Part shown: positions 40,860 to 51,113 of the stretch, in pieces
Numbering within the stretch: position 1 is the first letter of the stretch
How the letters are laid out: each line of letters opens with the position of its first letter
Origin: an uncultured Acidobacteriota bacterium
GTDB taxonomy: Bacteria > Acidobacteriota > Terriglobia > Terriglobales > Acidobacteriaceae
Assembly: GCA_963725575.1 (NCBI GenBank)
Contig: CAVRZQ010000034.1
Span: 32,949-96,948 of the forward strand
DNA length: 64,000 nucleotides
Direction of reading: 5' to 3'
The notes under the pieces: model-generated
The model's input: the letters and a program-made list of their open reading frames with translations, nothing else
Told to the model about the DNA's origin: nothing
The model's database searches: none
Position numbers and translations under genes: made by a program

Positions 40860-41807
40860 TTGTCCGGGCTGCCGAAAGAAAGCATCGTGGATTCAACGAC
40901 CACGCAAAATTTTCTGTCGCCTCCGCTCCCGGTTGCAGAAGAGCGATTCGCCACGGTAGACGGTGCCCGCATGCGCTACCTGCGGGCCGGTTCGGGGCCT
41001 CCCCTCATCCTCCTGCATGGCCTGATGGGCTACTCGTTTTCGTGGCGCTTCAACATCCCCGTGCTCTCGCGGCACGCGACGGTCTATGCCGTCGACTTGT
41101 TGGGCACGGGATTTTCTGATCGTCCCGCCCAGCTCGACTGCCGTTTGCGTTCGAGCGCGGAACGGGTTCTTAAATTTCTGGACGCGGTGGGCGTCACTTC
41201 GTTCGACCTGTTGGGGACTTCGCACGGCGGCGCCGTCGCCATGATGGCCGCCTCCCTGTGCGCGCAGCGCCCTGACCTTCATCTCCGCAAACTCATCCTG
41301 GTTGCCCCTGTAAATCCCTGGTCGCCCCACGGCCGCCGGCTCGCGCCGTTCCTGGGCAGCTCCCTGGGGTCAAACCTGTTTCTGCGCAGCGTGAACCACC
41401 TGCGCTGGACATTTCCCTACTGGCTGGCCCGGCTCTACGGAGATCCCAAGCGCATCCCCGAAGGTACGCTCGAAGGATACGAGGCCCCGGTCTTGTCCAT
41501 CCCGGGAAGCTTTGAGTACGGTATCGGCATTGTGCGCCACTGGACCGAAGATCTCCGCCAACTCGAGCGGACCATCCCCGAACTCGCCGAATACCCCACG
41601 CTGCTGATCTGGGGAAGCGCGGATCCGGCCGTGTATGCGCAATCCGCCGGGCAACTCCGCCGGCACTTCAAACACTGTGAAGTCGTCGTGTTTCCGGGAG
41701 TCGGACACCTTCCCTACGAAGAGACGCCTGAGCAATTCAATGCGAAGCTGATCGAATTCCTTGCCCCGCCGGTGCAGGATCGCGATGACATCTCGGTTGG
41801 GCAGTGA
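40860..41807 (+). CDS. Alpha/beta-fold hydrolase
   Basis: PLILLHGLMGYSFSW, nucleophile elbow GTSHGGAV, C-terminal GVGHLPYEE. The start (TTG 40860) is uncertain. Confidence 0.75.
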   Translation: MSGLPKESIVDSTTTQNFLSPPLPVAEERFATVDGARMRYLRAGSGPPLILLHGLMGYSFSWRFNIPVLSRHATVYAVDLLGTGFSDRPAQLDCRLRSSAERVLKFLDAVGVTSFDLLGTSHGGAVAMMAASLCAQRPDLHLRKLILVAPVNPWSPHGRRLAPFLGSSLGSNLFLRSVNHLRWTFPYWLARLYGDPKRIPEGTLEGYEAPVLSIPGSFEYGIGIVRHWTEDLRQLERTIPELAEYPTLLIWGSADPAVYAQSAGQLRRHFKHCEVVVFPGVGHLPYEETPEQFNAKLIEFLAPPVQDRDDISVGQ

Positions 41808-41876
41808 CACGGCTTCCACAGGAGCTCCGACGCGTCCTTCGCGTTAAGATGAATCCTGCACCTGCTGGCTAGCGGA

Positions 41877-42488
41877 ATGGGGCAAGACATCCTCGACTAT
41901 CTTCGCAATCTCATCGCGCAGTACGGCTACTGGGCGGTGGGCGGCGCCCTGCTGCTGGAAAACACCGGCATTCCCGTGCCGGGCGAAACCATCCTGCTGC
42001 TGGCCAGCTTTCTCGCCTACTCGCGCGACGAACTGCAACTGTCCTCCATCATCGTCATTGGCGTGTGCGCCGCCACGCTGGGCGACAACCTGGGATTTGT
42101 CATCGGATACCGCGGTGGCCGCCCGCTGCTCGATCGCTATCGCAGCGTTTTTCGCATTCAGCCCGGCACTCTCGAACGCGGAGAGCGCCTGTTCGAGCAG
42201 TATGGAGCGATCACGATTTTCTTCGCGCGCTTCATCTTCGGACTGCGCGTGATCGCCGGACCCCTGGCCGGCGTGCTGCGCATGCCCTGGAAGCGTTTCG
42301 CCATTTTCAATTTCCTGGGCGCCCTGTTGTGGGTCACCGTGATCTCGATTGTGGGCTACAAGTTCGGCAAGCACTGGGATCTGCTGATGGAGAACGTCGA
42401 AAGGCTCAACATCGGCATCGTGCTGTTGGTGGGGGTGGGGATCCTCGTCCTTTGGCGATGGCGCAGGGCGCACGTTGGAAAGCGATGA
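41877..42488 (+). CDS. dedA: DedA family membrane protein
   Basis: LLLENTGIPVPGETILL...LGDNLGFVIGYRGGRPLL...FFARFIFGLR is the DedA/SNARE-associated signature. Confidence 0.85.
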   Translation: MGQDILDYLRNLIAQYGYWAVGGALLLENTGIPVPGETILLLASFLAYSRDELQLSSIIVIGVCAATLGDNLGFVIGYRGGRPLLDRYRSVFRIQPGTLERGERLFEQYGAITIFFARFIFGLRVIAGPLAGVLRMPWKRFAIFNFLGALLWVTVISIVGYKFGKHWDLLMENVERLNIGIVLLVGVGILVLWRWRRAHVGKR

Positions 42489-42633
42489 GTGCATGCCGGC
42501 GGGGAAACGCCGTCGCCGCGCGGCTGGAATTCATTCCAAATGCACGCCCGCCCGGGTGTGCAAACGCCCCGTCCACCCTATACGAAGGTTCAGGCTCGGC
42601 CGCGGCCTTGACTTTGCTGAGCTATGATCCGAA

Positions 42634-42891
42634 TCAACCTGAGCGTCTTCGCACTGCGTGATAGATGGCGAGCAACAGGACCGCTCCCACCACCGACATG
42701 ATAAAGCCAGCCGACTGTCCTTCCTGATACCATCCCACCACGCGACCGAGCCAGGTTGCGACCAGTGATCCCGCAATGCCAAGCAGTATCGTCACTATGA
42801 ACCCGCCGGGGTCCTTCCCCGGCATGATGAGCTTGGCCACTGCCCCTATGACGAGCCCAATCAACACCACCCAAAGCCAGTGCATACGCAT
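42634..42891 (-). CDS. GlsB/YeaQ/YmgE family stress-response membrane protein
   Basis: LIGLVIGAVAKLIMPGKDPGGFIVTILLGIAGSLVATWLG is typical of the transglycosylase-associated family. 85 aa. Confidence 0.8.
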   Translation of the reverse strand: MRMHWLWVVLIGLVIGAVAKLIMPGKDPGGFIVTILLGIAGSLVATWLGRVVGWYQEGQSAGFIMSVVGAVLLLAIYHAVRRRSG

Positions 42892-43076
42892 CCTCCGAGC
42901 TGCAGATGTGCGGAAAAATCCAGGGACCTAAGCGCCGCCGAAGTATACTGCGTTTCCCTCCTTTTGCATTGCGACCCCCGTGCCGCACTGGCGGCGACGC
43001 TCGCGCCTGACGATTGCGCAGAAAGGTTATCCCGCAGGCGTCCTGACGACGCTTCCCGTATTTCGCGCCTACCCGT

Positions 43077-43664
43077 CTATTCTTTCCCCATCTCCGTCGC
43101 CGTCACATTTTCGAAGGGTTCCGTTCCAGGTAGATAGACCGATAGTTTCCCTGCGCTCACCGGAACCTGGAACTTCGCCCACACCGTGGTGGCTTCGTTT
43201 CCCGGCAGGGTAACCACTTTTCTTCCCCCGTGGCGATACCCTACGGGCGTGCCGCGATCGTCCTTCAGGATGGGATATTTGACCTTGGCGATGGGATCCA
43301 CTACATATGCATCCCACACCAGGCTGAATGCCTCGCTCGAGCCCATTCCGTGAAACGATTCCCCGAGATTCTTGGGAGCCGCCGTCGTATTCTGGTATCG
43401 CCAGCGCGCCGTGATTTCGTTGGGATTGGTCCGCTCCAGCGAGATGAGCGTAACTTCCACGCCATCCACCTCGTAAGCGTGCGTGCCACAGCACCCAGCC
43501 ATCGACTTTGCCCCGGGCGCGACCTTTTGTGCACCTGTTTGTGCACCTGTCACGTTGGGTGAGACAGGGCGGGGGACTGCTTTGTGGGCGTTGGCTGATG
43601 TCGCCACCAGTGCGCACCCGAGAAACATTTCCAGACGAAACAACGCTCGTCTCGCGTTCTTCAT
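43077..43664 (-). CDS. Secreted hypothetical protein (195 aa)
   Basis: Signal-like N-terminus ..FLGCALVATSANA, beta-rich remainder, a CC pair (MAGCCGTH). No domain recognised. Confidence 0.55.
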   Translation of the reverse strand: MKNARRALFRLEMFLGCALVATSANAHKAVPRPVSPNVTGAQTGAQKVAPGAKSMAGCCGTHAYEVDGVEVTLISLERTNPNEITARWRYQNTTAAPKNLGESFHGMGSSEAFSLVWDAYVVDPIAKVKYPILKDDRGTPVGYRHGGRKVVTLPGNEATTVWAKFQVPVSAGKLSVYLPGTEPFENVTATEMGKE

Positions 43665-44075
43665 CTTTATTTTCTCCCGTAAGGATGTTTTTAGACGGCA
43701 GCGAGCACTATCGTCAGTCCCCGGCGGAGTTGGGAGTGTTCTTGCGTGCCCGATCGGTCAGCACCGCTGAGGCGCGACGGCTGCGCATTTTAGCCCAATC
43801 GAAAGCGAAAAGAAATAAGTCGCTGTCGCTGGAGGGAAATATCGCGGAGCACCCCTGCCCGGGGCCAGGACGACTGGACCCGGTTGGTTTCCAGCAACCT
43901 CACCCTTTTCGCGGCTTCATAGAGAACGGCAATCACAACCAGAGCCCGCTGCCGATGTCGAACTATCCAACATCTATCACTTGAAAGGAAAGCTGGCACG
44001 CTGCAACGGCTTCCATGGCATGGCTACGGCTGCGCTCCCGATTCCGCATGAAGCAGCCGGCCGTCCTGGCGCCCT

Positions 44076-45059
44076 CTAGTAGATTGAACCATTGAGTTGC
44101 GTCGACCCCAGGACGCCTGCGTTGGCGGATACCGTGTACGCCACTCCTCCCTTTCCTTTCCAGTTCGAGAGATTGAATGAGCCGCTGGCGTTGATGCGAT
44201 ACACGGCGACGTTTTGGTACGTCAGCGGAATTCCGGCCTCGCACACCTGCGGCGCACCGGGGGCCTGCAGGAAGTACACGGTGCTCGAACCGACCACCGT
44301 GCCATTGCCGCCGCTGTCGATCAGCAGTGCGGTCTTCTCGTCGATGGAGATGTCGCGCGGTGCCGAAGACCAGCCGTTCGTGTAGATACGGCACAGGAAT
44401 GCAAGATCGCGACCCATGCGGTCCCGTGTCACAAAATGGGGATCATCGATGATCCCTTGCAGAATGGGAATATTGACGAAATCTCGAACCAGGGTGATGT
44501 ACTTGCTGAATGGATCAGCCAGTGCTTCGCTCGACGTAATGGCTTGGCTGGCCTGCGCCGAGTAGATGAACTGCGCCAGAACATTCATCCCGGCGCTGGT
44601 GCCGCCCTTGGGTACGCTGCGGGCTATCAGCGCATTCAATTCCTGCTCGACCGGAGTCCCTTGCCAGTAATTGATGTAATTGGATTGATCGCCGCCGGCA
44701 ATCCAGAGTGCTTCCGCGTTTTGAATGGTGGCGATCACGAACGGATCACTGGCCGCCGTCCGGTTCGGGATGATCAGCGTGGCAACCGAGTTTTCGCCCG
44801 GGCAGAGCTGCTGGATATACGGGTTATAGGCATCGGTTCCGGTGGCCCGGATGACCAGAAAATCGCCGTTGCCGCTGCGCTGGCACATCCACTGGAAGGC
44901 GGCGTCCACGTCGGTGCCCCCTCCCATCAGAACTGTCCCCGATGTCGTCACCGTGGCGACATCGTTGGGATTGCCCACGCGAAAATAGGAATACTGTTTG
45001 GCGGAAAAGGCGGGACAAACCGCGCCCAGCATGAATAGAACTGCGACCATGATTTTCAT
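44076..45059 (-). CDS. Secreted peptidase S51 (cyanophycinase-like) family protein
   Basis: Signal MKIMVAVLFMLGAVCPAFSA. ..LMGGGTDVD.., ALWIAGGDQSNY, nucleophile context GGTSAGMNVL. Confidence 0.7.
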   Translation of the reverse strand: MKIMVAVLFMLGAVCPAFSAKQYSYFRVGNPNDVATVTTSGTVLMGGGTDVDAAFQWMCQRSGNGDFLVIRATGTDAYNPYIQQLCPGENSVATLIIPNRTAASDPFVIATIQNAEALWIAGGDQSNYINYWQGTPVEQELNALIARSVPKGGTSAGMNVLAQFIYSAQASQAITSSEALADPFSKYITLVRDFVNIPILQGIIDDPHFVTRDRMGRDLAFLCRIYTNGWSSAPRDISIDEKTALLIDSGGNGTVVGSSTVYFLQAPGAPQVCEAGIPLTYQNVAVYRINASGSFNLSNWKGKGGVAYTVSANAGVLGSTQLNGSIY

Positions 45060-45232
45060 GGGATCCCCCGAGGAGAAGGAATCTTACCTTCGTCGATGGT
45101 GAGGTGCAACGTGTGTTCCCAAGGATTGCATCGCCGGCCGGCACTCTTGTTTGCACGACGCCTTCCTGGCGCGCGGAATATCTTCAGACGCTTATGGATT
45201 TCGGCAATGCCGCCTGGGGCGAGGCGCTGGCC

Positions 45233-46963
45233 TCATGGGGTGGACACGCTGACTTTAAGCGGAGCCGTAAGGCTGCCAATACGCCCGTTGAGTCCATCGC
45301 GCACCACAAACCGCACCACGTAGTCTCCCGGTGGAAGATCGAGCGCATTGGCGTAGGTAAGACCGCGCTCCCGAACTTGTCGCAATTGGGTCGCGTTCAA
45401 GTGCCCATCAATGGTACGGGCGGTAGCCTTGCCGACCACCTTTCCGTCAGGCGTCTTGGCGAGTGCGAGGATGTCGATGGCAATGTGATTGTTGTCCGCT
45501 TCGTCGATGGCAGCAAAGCTGGCCGGCAGCACCAGTTCGAATCCGACATGCCTCGCCCCGGTTGGCTGTTCAGCGATGACCTGCTTCCAGCGCGCCGTGA
45601 ATGTCACGGCGGTGAGGTCGATCGGTGAATACAGCGCCCCGTCCAGGTCGCGCTGCCTCGTCATCTGCAGATCCTCGTGGCTGGGGTTGTAGAAGTATCC
45701 GCTGCGAGCGCGTATTTCGAGCCCCGCCCGGGATTTCACCGAAATCGTGCGCCAGCCGCTTTTGGCCTTGCTGTCCGCAGGAACGTAATAGCCCAGCACA
45801 TAGTAGTTGTCGGAATCCCGCACCGCTTCCTCGAAGCCTTTCTTCAAATCGCTGCTGCCGTAAAAGGCGCGGCCTCCGGTGGCGTCCGCAAAGGCATAGT
45901 CGGCGCTCGTACTTTGGCGGTCCTGATACGCCCCGGCGCGGCCATCCAGCCGCTCGCCCTGATTCATGATGCTGGGATCGACCAGTGTAGGGTTCGTCAT
46001 GCCTCTTACGTCCACGGGATAGAGAACCACCTGCGCATCATTGAGGGCCCGCCAAGTGCGCAAGTACTCCGCATAAACATCCGTCCAATCCCGCCGGCCG
46101 CCTGGAAAGGGGCTGCCCATAATGCTCATGTCGGTGGGACTGACATCGAAAGGAATGCCTCCTGTTACCCAGACCAGCGATTTGCGGCCCGGAATCAGCG
46201 CGCAGGCTTGCGCGATTTGCCTCAGCCCCGACAGCGTATCGAGCACCACGTAACGGCGCAACTGCGACGTCGTGTTCAGCTCTATTTCCTTCTGCAAAGT
46301 CTCCATCTGCTGCAGGATGGCAGTCATGCGTCCGGCGCCACCCGAGCCGCTTAACTGGATCCTGGAGTCGGCGGTGTACTGGTCCGATTCCACATCTTCG
46401 TGCGGAGTGGCTTCCAGCTTCAGGTCGGCGACCACTTTACGGCCGGACTTAAGGTGTTTGAGCGCCTCCGCCAGCGTGTGCGGGTCGGTGCTGAAGTCGC
46501 TCACGACCTGAACTCCGCTGGTACCGATCGTGTAAACCGCCGTCGGTTCCATGGAATTCGCCGCCTCGGCCAGCAGATCCCATAACGCCTTGCGAGCGAC
46601 GGCCTGTTTCAAGGTCGGCATGTTCAGCAGGTCGAATGCGATGATCGTCAACCGGTGCGGCTTGGAAGTTTCGGCGGTAGCCCGATTGGAAAATTCGTTC
46701 GGAGCCGAGGGAGCCGCCACGCTCACGCTCCCAGCGGTCGTCTTCACCTCATCGAAAATCCTGATCTCTTGCGGCTTCCCATTCTCGAGCAGCTTGAAAT
46801 CATCCTTGGTGAGACCTGAGACGTGCTCCCCGTGCTTGTCCTGAACGATCGCTGAGACCAGCACCAGTTCAGTTTGCGTCTTGAAGCTGGGCGGGGATTC
46901 CGGTTGCTGTGCGACCGACAGTACGACCGGCAGGATGCCGACGGGGATGAGGTGCCGCAACAT
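45233..46963 (-). CDS. VWA domain protein with the VWFA-related acidobacterial N-terminal domain
   Basis: FKTQTELVLVSAIVQDKHGEHVSGLTKDDFKLLENGKPQEIRIFDEV is the family's N-terminal motif. Intact, 576 aa. Confidence 0.8.
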   Translation of the reverse strand: MLRHLIPVGILPVVLSVAQQPESPPSFKTQTELVLVSAIVQDKHGEHVSGLTKDDFKLLENGKPQEIRIFDEVKTTAGSVSVAAPSAPNEFSNRATAETSKPHRLTIIAFDLLNMPTLKQAVARKALWDLLAEAANSMEPTAVYTIGTSGVQVVSDFSTDPHTLAEALKHLKSGRKVVADLKLEATPHEDVESDQYTADSRIQLSGSGGAGRMTAILQQMETLQKEIELNTTSQLRRYVVLDTLSGLRQIAQACALIPGRKSLVWVTGGIPFDVSPTDMSIMGSPFPGGRRDWTDVYAEYLRTWRALNDAQVVLYPVDVRGMTNPTLVDPSIMNQGERLDGRAGAYQDRQSTSADYAFADATGGRAFYGSSDLKKGFEEAVRDSDNYYVLGYYVPADSKAKSGWRTISVKSRAGLEIRARSGYFYNPSHEDLQMTRQRDLDGALYSPIDLTAVTFTARWKQVIAEQPTGARHVGFELVLPASFAAIDEADNNHIAIDILALAKTPDGKVVGKATARTIDGHLNATQLRQVRERGLTYANALDLPPGDYVVRFVVRDGLNGRIGSLTAPLKVSVSTP

Positions 46964-47207
46964 TATTCTTACGAGATGGCCCTGACTCGCCTAGAGTTGC
47001 CTCCTGTCCCTGGTTGCAGCGGCGACAGACCAGTTGGGAACTTGCTGTCGACCTTTACATCCCGCGAAGATAAATATCCGCGAAATTGTATCCCTCCGCG
47101 TAAGCCGGCCCGTATCCCACCACGAACTCCTTGGACAGTCTTCACGAAAGGAGATTACCTTCCCAACCAGGTTGCGTTTAGTGGCGTGGCAAAGCTGACC
47201 CTGGCCT

Positions 47208-47658
47208 TCAAATGAGTCCTTTGCGGATTTTCAGCAGGAAATCTTCGGCATCAGCCTGCGCCTGTTCCATAACCCCGCGGTCGTTGCGATATTCCAGCGC
47301 GGTTTCCTGCAGCAGAATTTCGACGGCATCCTTGGGTTTGTATCCTTCCGTGATCAGGACCCGTGCACGGTCTGCAAAAGTCGGGCCAGTCCTCTTCTTT
47401 GCCGGGAGAGGCTTGGTTTCGGCCTCGCACTTGTGCTCGCGAAACTTCGCGGCGGCTAGACGGTCGTAAGCCTCCTTCGCTTCTTCTCCGGAAAGCAATG
47501 TGGGGATCGGAAATCTCCAGGCACAACTGGAACAGGCCCAGCCTGTGTTCGCGTCGCCTTGAACCCAGATTAAGGAGCGTCCCATCTTCGCAAACCCATT
47601 GAAACAGTTTGCTGCAACCATCGCAGGTCGGAGGCAGTTTCTCCTTCCTTGATTTCAT
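47208..47658 (-). CDS. Hypothetical zinc-ribbon protein; one frameshift
   Basis: MKSRKEKLPPTCDGCSKLFQWVCEDGTLL, then after a switch near 47575 IWVQGDANTGWACSSCAWRF... followed by a helical C-terminal half. A CxxC...CxxC pair. Confidence 0.5.
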
Positions 47659-47905
47659 CGCAAACGGCGACTTTGCGCCACATCTTTCACGGCATTCGAA
47701 ATAGCTAGAGTTAACCGGCGTGGCATCCACTGCTCCGGGCACGCAGCTAGGACTGGCCCCTGTTCTCGTGGTTACGAAAGCTTTCCGCAGCCCCGGCCGT
47801 CCGATTGCTGGCTGGGCAGCCCGATGCTACGCTTCAGGCTAGATCTCCCATGAACAGTCCTCCAACCAACGCGAAGCTGCGGCCCGGGGACGACTCGCGC
47901 GGCTG

Positions 47906-49346
47906 GTGGTGCTTGCCCAGCTTGAGCATGCCGACCTCTGGCTGAAATTCCTGCTCGCGCTGGTGGGACTCGCGCTGGCCTTTGCCGCCGCTCTGTTCTC
48001 GACGGTGTCGCGCGAATCCGGCAATGTCTGGGCAACGCTCGTGCTGGCTTCCGCGGCTTTGATCCTTGCCACCCTGGTTGGGTTGACCACCGTTCCACAT
48101 CTGGCGCGCCGGGTCGTCGTCACTCGCTTGCGCGACGCCGTCGATTACGAGGTCACGCGCGCGGGCATCATTTACGTCATCAGCACATTGCTGATCGGTA
48201 TCGCGGCGTTGAACACCGGCAACAACCTGCTTTACATCGTGGTGGCCGCGATGCTGGCTGCCATCCTGGTTTCGGGCGTCGTTTCCGCGCTCGTGTTGCG
48301 CGATCTGCAACTCGATGTGCGTCTCCCCGAGCACGTCTTTGCGGGCCGGCCCGTTCTCGGCCGCATCTTGTTGCGCAATCCACGCCACCGCCTGCCCTCG
48401 TTCTCCATCCACGTGGTTCCTTCCAAGCGGAAAAAAGCGGTGAGTCGATGGCTATGGGAGCCGGCTACCTTCGGTTTCCCGCCAAAGCGCCCGCCGGAAC
48501 AGCAATGGGTGCGCCTCCCGGATCGTCGCGTCCGCCGCATCGTGAACGACGGCTCGACTCGCCGGCATCTTCGACGGGTCTGCGTACTTCCCCTACCTTG
48601 CGGCCCAGGCGGAGCTGTCGGCTGATCTGGAGTTGCGCTTCCAGCGGCGCGGACGCTACGCGGAAAACAGCTTCGGGCTGGCCACGCGCTTCCCGTTCGC
48701 CTTCCTGACCAAGACCCGGCGCGTCCCGCTGAACCGCACCGTCCTGGTCTATCCGGCGGTGGAGCCCACCGACGAGTTCCTCGATGTGCTCCCCATGATC
48801 ACCGGCGAAGTCGAAGCCTTCGTGCGCGGGCGCGGCTACGACCTCTACCGCATCCGGGAATACATGCCGGAAGATTCCGCGCGACACGTCGATTGGAAAG
48901 CCAGCGCCAAGTCCGGCTCGCTCAAGGTGCGTGAGTTCAGCCGCGAGGACGAGCGCAAAGTGCGCCTGGTCTTCGACAATCCGGCGCCCGGCATACTGGC
49001 TGCCGAAGCCTACGAACGCGCCGTGGCCCTGGCGGCTTCGCTCGCCTGGCACTTCGCGAATGCCGACGCCGACCTGTCGTTCGCGGCGCAGGGCTACCCG
49101 GGTGAACCTGATGTCTACAAATTTCTCGCCTACCTCGCGCTGCTCGAGCCGCAGCCGCAAGCCTCCATCATCGACAGTCTGCCCGTGACCGGCGATTACA
49201 ACATCGTGCTCACCACCCGGCCCCGGGGCAGTATCCCCACCGCCCTGTGGAACCGCTCCTACCTGATCTTTCTGGCCGACCGGGTGGCGCCGCAGCGCGG
49301 GCGTCAGACGGGCGTACCCGAAAAGCTGCTGCGCGCGCGCTCCTGA
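47906..49346 (+). CDS. DUF58 family protein with N-terminal TM helices; one frameshift
   Basis: ..LATRFPFAFL..GEVEAFVRGRGYDLYRIREYMPEDSARHVDWKASAKSGSLKVREF.. is the DUF58 core. Switch near 48560-48600. The start is uncertain; an SD-less GTG at 47906 or an ATG at 47848 in another frame are the options. Confidence 0.75.
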
Positions 49347-49450
49347 CCCGGACGCCGTGATGGCGGTCCTTGTCCGGCGAATCTTCCAGTGATACAAAAC
49401 CGGTGCTTGTTCGCTGTGTTTGTTGCCAGAGCTTTGTTCGAGGTGCCAAC

Positions 49451-50533
49451 ATGATTTCCTCGCTGGCGGCTGCGATCCTGCTTCTCGGTTCGTGGCTCGG
49501 TCAGGCGGCCGGTCCCAAGCCTGCCGATCTTTCGGCCACGGAAATCTCGGCTCTTCAGAAAGCAGCCGAGGCGGGTGACCCGCAAGCGGAATTCGGCCTG
49601 GCCCAGGCCTGCGACTACGGAAACGGAATCGCGCAAAACGACCAGGCCGCTTTCTCCTGGTACCGCAAGTCCGCAGAGCAGGGATATGCTCCGGCGCAGA
49701 ATGCGGTGGGCTTGATGTACCGCGCGGGCCGCGGCGTCGAGTCGAGCAAGGAGCAGGCAGTCGAGTGGTATCGCAAGGCGGCCAAACAGAAAAACGCCAA
49801 AGCCATGTTCAACCTGGGCACGGCGTACTACAACGGCGACGGAGTCGCTATCAATGACATCTCCGCCTTTGCCTGGTTCGTGCTCGCCGAACACTATGGA
49901 AGTGAGCCGGCTCACGACGCGGTAACGCGCACGGCGGGAAGTTTGCAGCGCTGGCAAGCTTCGTCTGCCTACGAGCTTGTCGGCGACATGTATGAGCAGG
50001 GAACGGATCTTCCGCTCGATCACCGGGCAGCCATCGACTGGTATCGCCAAGCGGCGCAACTGGGTGAGCCTTCGGCCCGGGTGAAACTGGCGAACTTCCT
50101 CGTCATCCAGGGCGGTGACCAGAACTATCAGGAGGCCCTTCGTTCGTGCCTGGAAGCGGCCAAGCAGATGTACTCGCCGGCAGCGCTGTGTGCGGGCCTG
50201 CTATACCAAAAAGGACTGGGCACCGGCCAGAACCTGTCCGAGGCCGCGAAGTGGTTCGGCAAGTCCGCGCAAATGGGAAATGCTAAAGCCATGCTTTACC
50301 TCGGCGAGATGTACTGGGATGGCACTGGCGTGAAGCAGGACCGGGTGGCGGCCTATGTGTATATGCTGCTGGCATCCACCGCGGACCTGCCAAAAGCCCA
50401 ACAGGACAAGGCCCTCTACGAACAGACGCTGAGCCAGAAAGAATTGGAAAAAGCCCGTAAACAAGCCGCCGACTGGGGTAGAACCCATCCCACCCTGGGT
50501 TTGAAAGAAGGACCCCGCCTCCTGACTAAGTAA
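49451..50533 (+). CDS. Secreted Sel1-repeat (TPR-like) protein
   Basis: Signal MISSLAAAILLLGSWLGQAAG, then about 8 Sel1 units (..A..WYRKAAEQG.A.AQ..LG.MY..G.GV..). Confidence 0.85.
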   Translation: MISSLAAAILLLGSWLGQAAGPKPADLSATEISALQKAAEAGDPQAEFGLAQACDYGNGIAQNDQAAFSWYRKSAEQGYAPAQNAVGLMYRAGRGVESSKEQAVEWYRKAAKQKNAKAMFNLGTAYYNGDGVAINDISAFAWFVLAEHYGSEPAHDAVTRTAGSLQRWQASSAYELVGDMYEQGTDLPLDHRAAIDWYRQAAQLGEPSARVKLANFLVIQGGDQNYQEALRSCLEAAKQMYSPAALCAGLLYQKGLGTGQNLSEAAKWFGKSAQMGNAKAMLYLGEMYWDGTGVKQDRVAAYVYMLLASTADLPKAQQDKALYEQTLSQKELEKARKQAADWGRTHPTLGLKEGPRLLTK

Positions 50534-50687
50534 ACCCGGTCGCGCTCCCCGCTCAAAATCGCCTGAGATTGTCTGGGTAGATACCTGATTACTTGTCTTG
50601 TCGGCCGGTTTTCGTCGTATACTCCGCCACGCAAGCGTTCTTCGCCTCGGCCCCTGGCCTGTTGATCTTGTCCCCGGAGGTGCAGCC

Positions 50688-51113
50688 ATGGCGTGCATCC
50701 ACGATCTCGTGAAGAATCAGGAAACCTACCGTGCCGACGCCGGGCAGAGCGTGTTGGAAGTGGCTCAGGCTATGGTCGAGCGCAACATCGGAGCCGTGCC
50801 GGTCCTGCGCGACGGCAACCTCGTCGGCATTTTCTCCGAACGCGATCTGATGCGGCGCGTAGTGGTCGAAGGGCGCGATCCCGCGCGTACCCTGGTAGGC
50901 GAAGTAATGACCGAGAATCCCCTGACCGTCGAGCCCACTGCGGATCTGGAAACCTGCATTTTCCTCATGCGCCGCCACGGGTTCCGACACTTGCCCATAT
51001 GCCAGGACCAGCAGTTGAGAGGCATGGTCTCGATGCGCGACATCATCCTCCATGACCTTTCCGAGAAGGATGACGAGGTGCGCATGATGCGGGCCTACAT
51101 CCATTCCGCCTAG
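50688..51113 (+). CDS. CBS-domain pair protein
   Basis: ..NIGAVPVLRDGNLVGIFSERDL.. and ..GFRHLPICQDQQLRGMVSMRDI.. GGAGG SD upstream of ATG 50688. Confidence 0.85.
   Translation: MACIHDLVKNQETYRADAGQSVLEVAQAMVERNIGAVPVLRDGNLVGIFSERDLMRRVVVEGRDPARTLVGEVMTENPLTVEPTADLETCIFLMRRHGFRHLPICQDQQLRGMVSMRDIILHDLSEKDDEVRMMRAYIHSA

Noticed and set aside
39365-40972. 535-aa ORF antisense to argD
   Set aside because: Shadow ORF. The plus strand is an intact class-III aminotransferase.
43994-44030. TGGCAC / TGGCAT motifs as sigma-54 promoters
   Set aside because: The -12 element (TTGC at the correct 5-nt offset) is absent in both cases.
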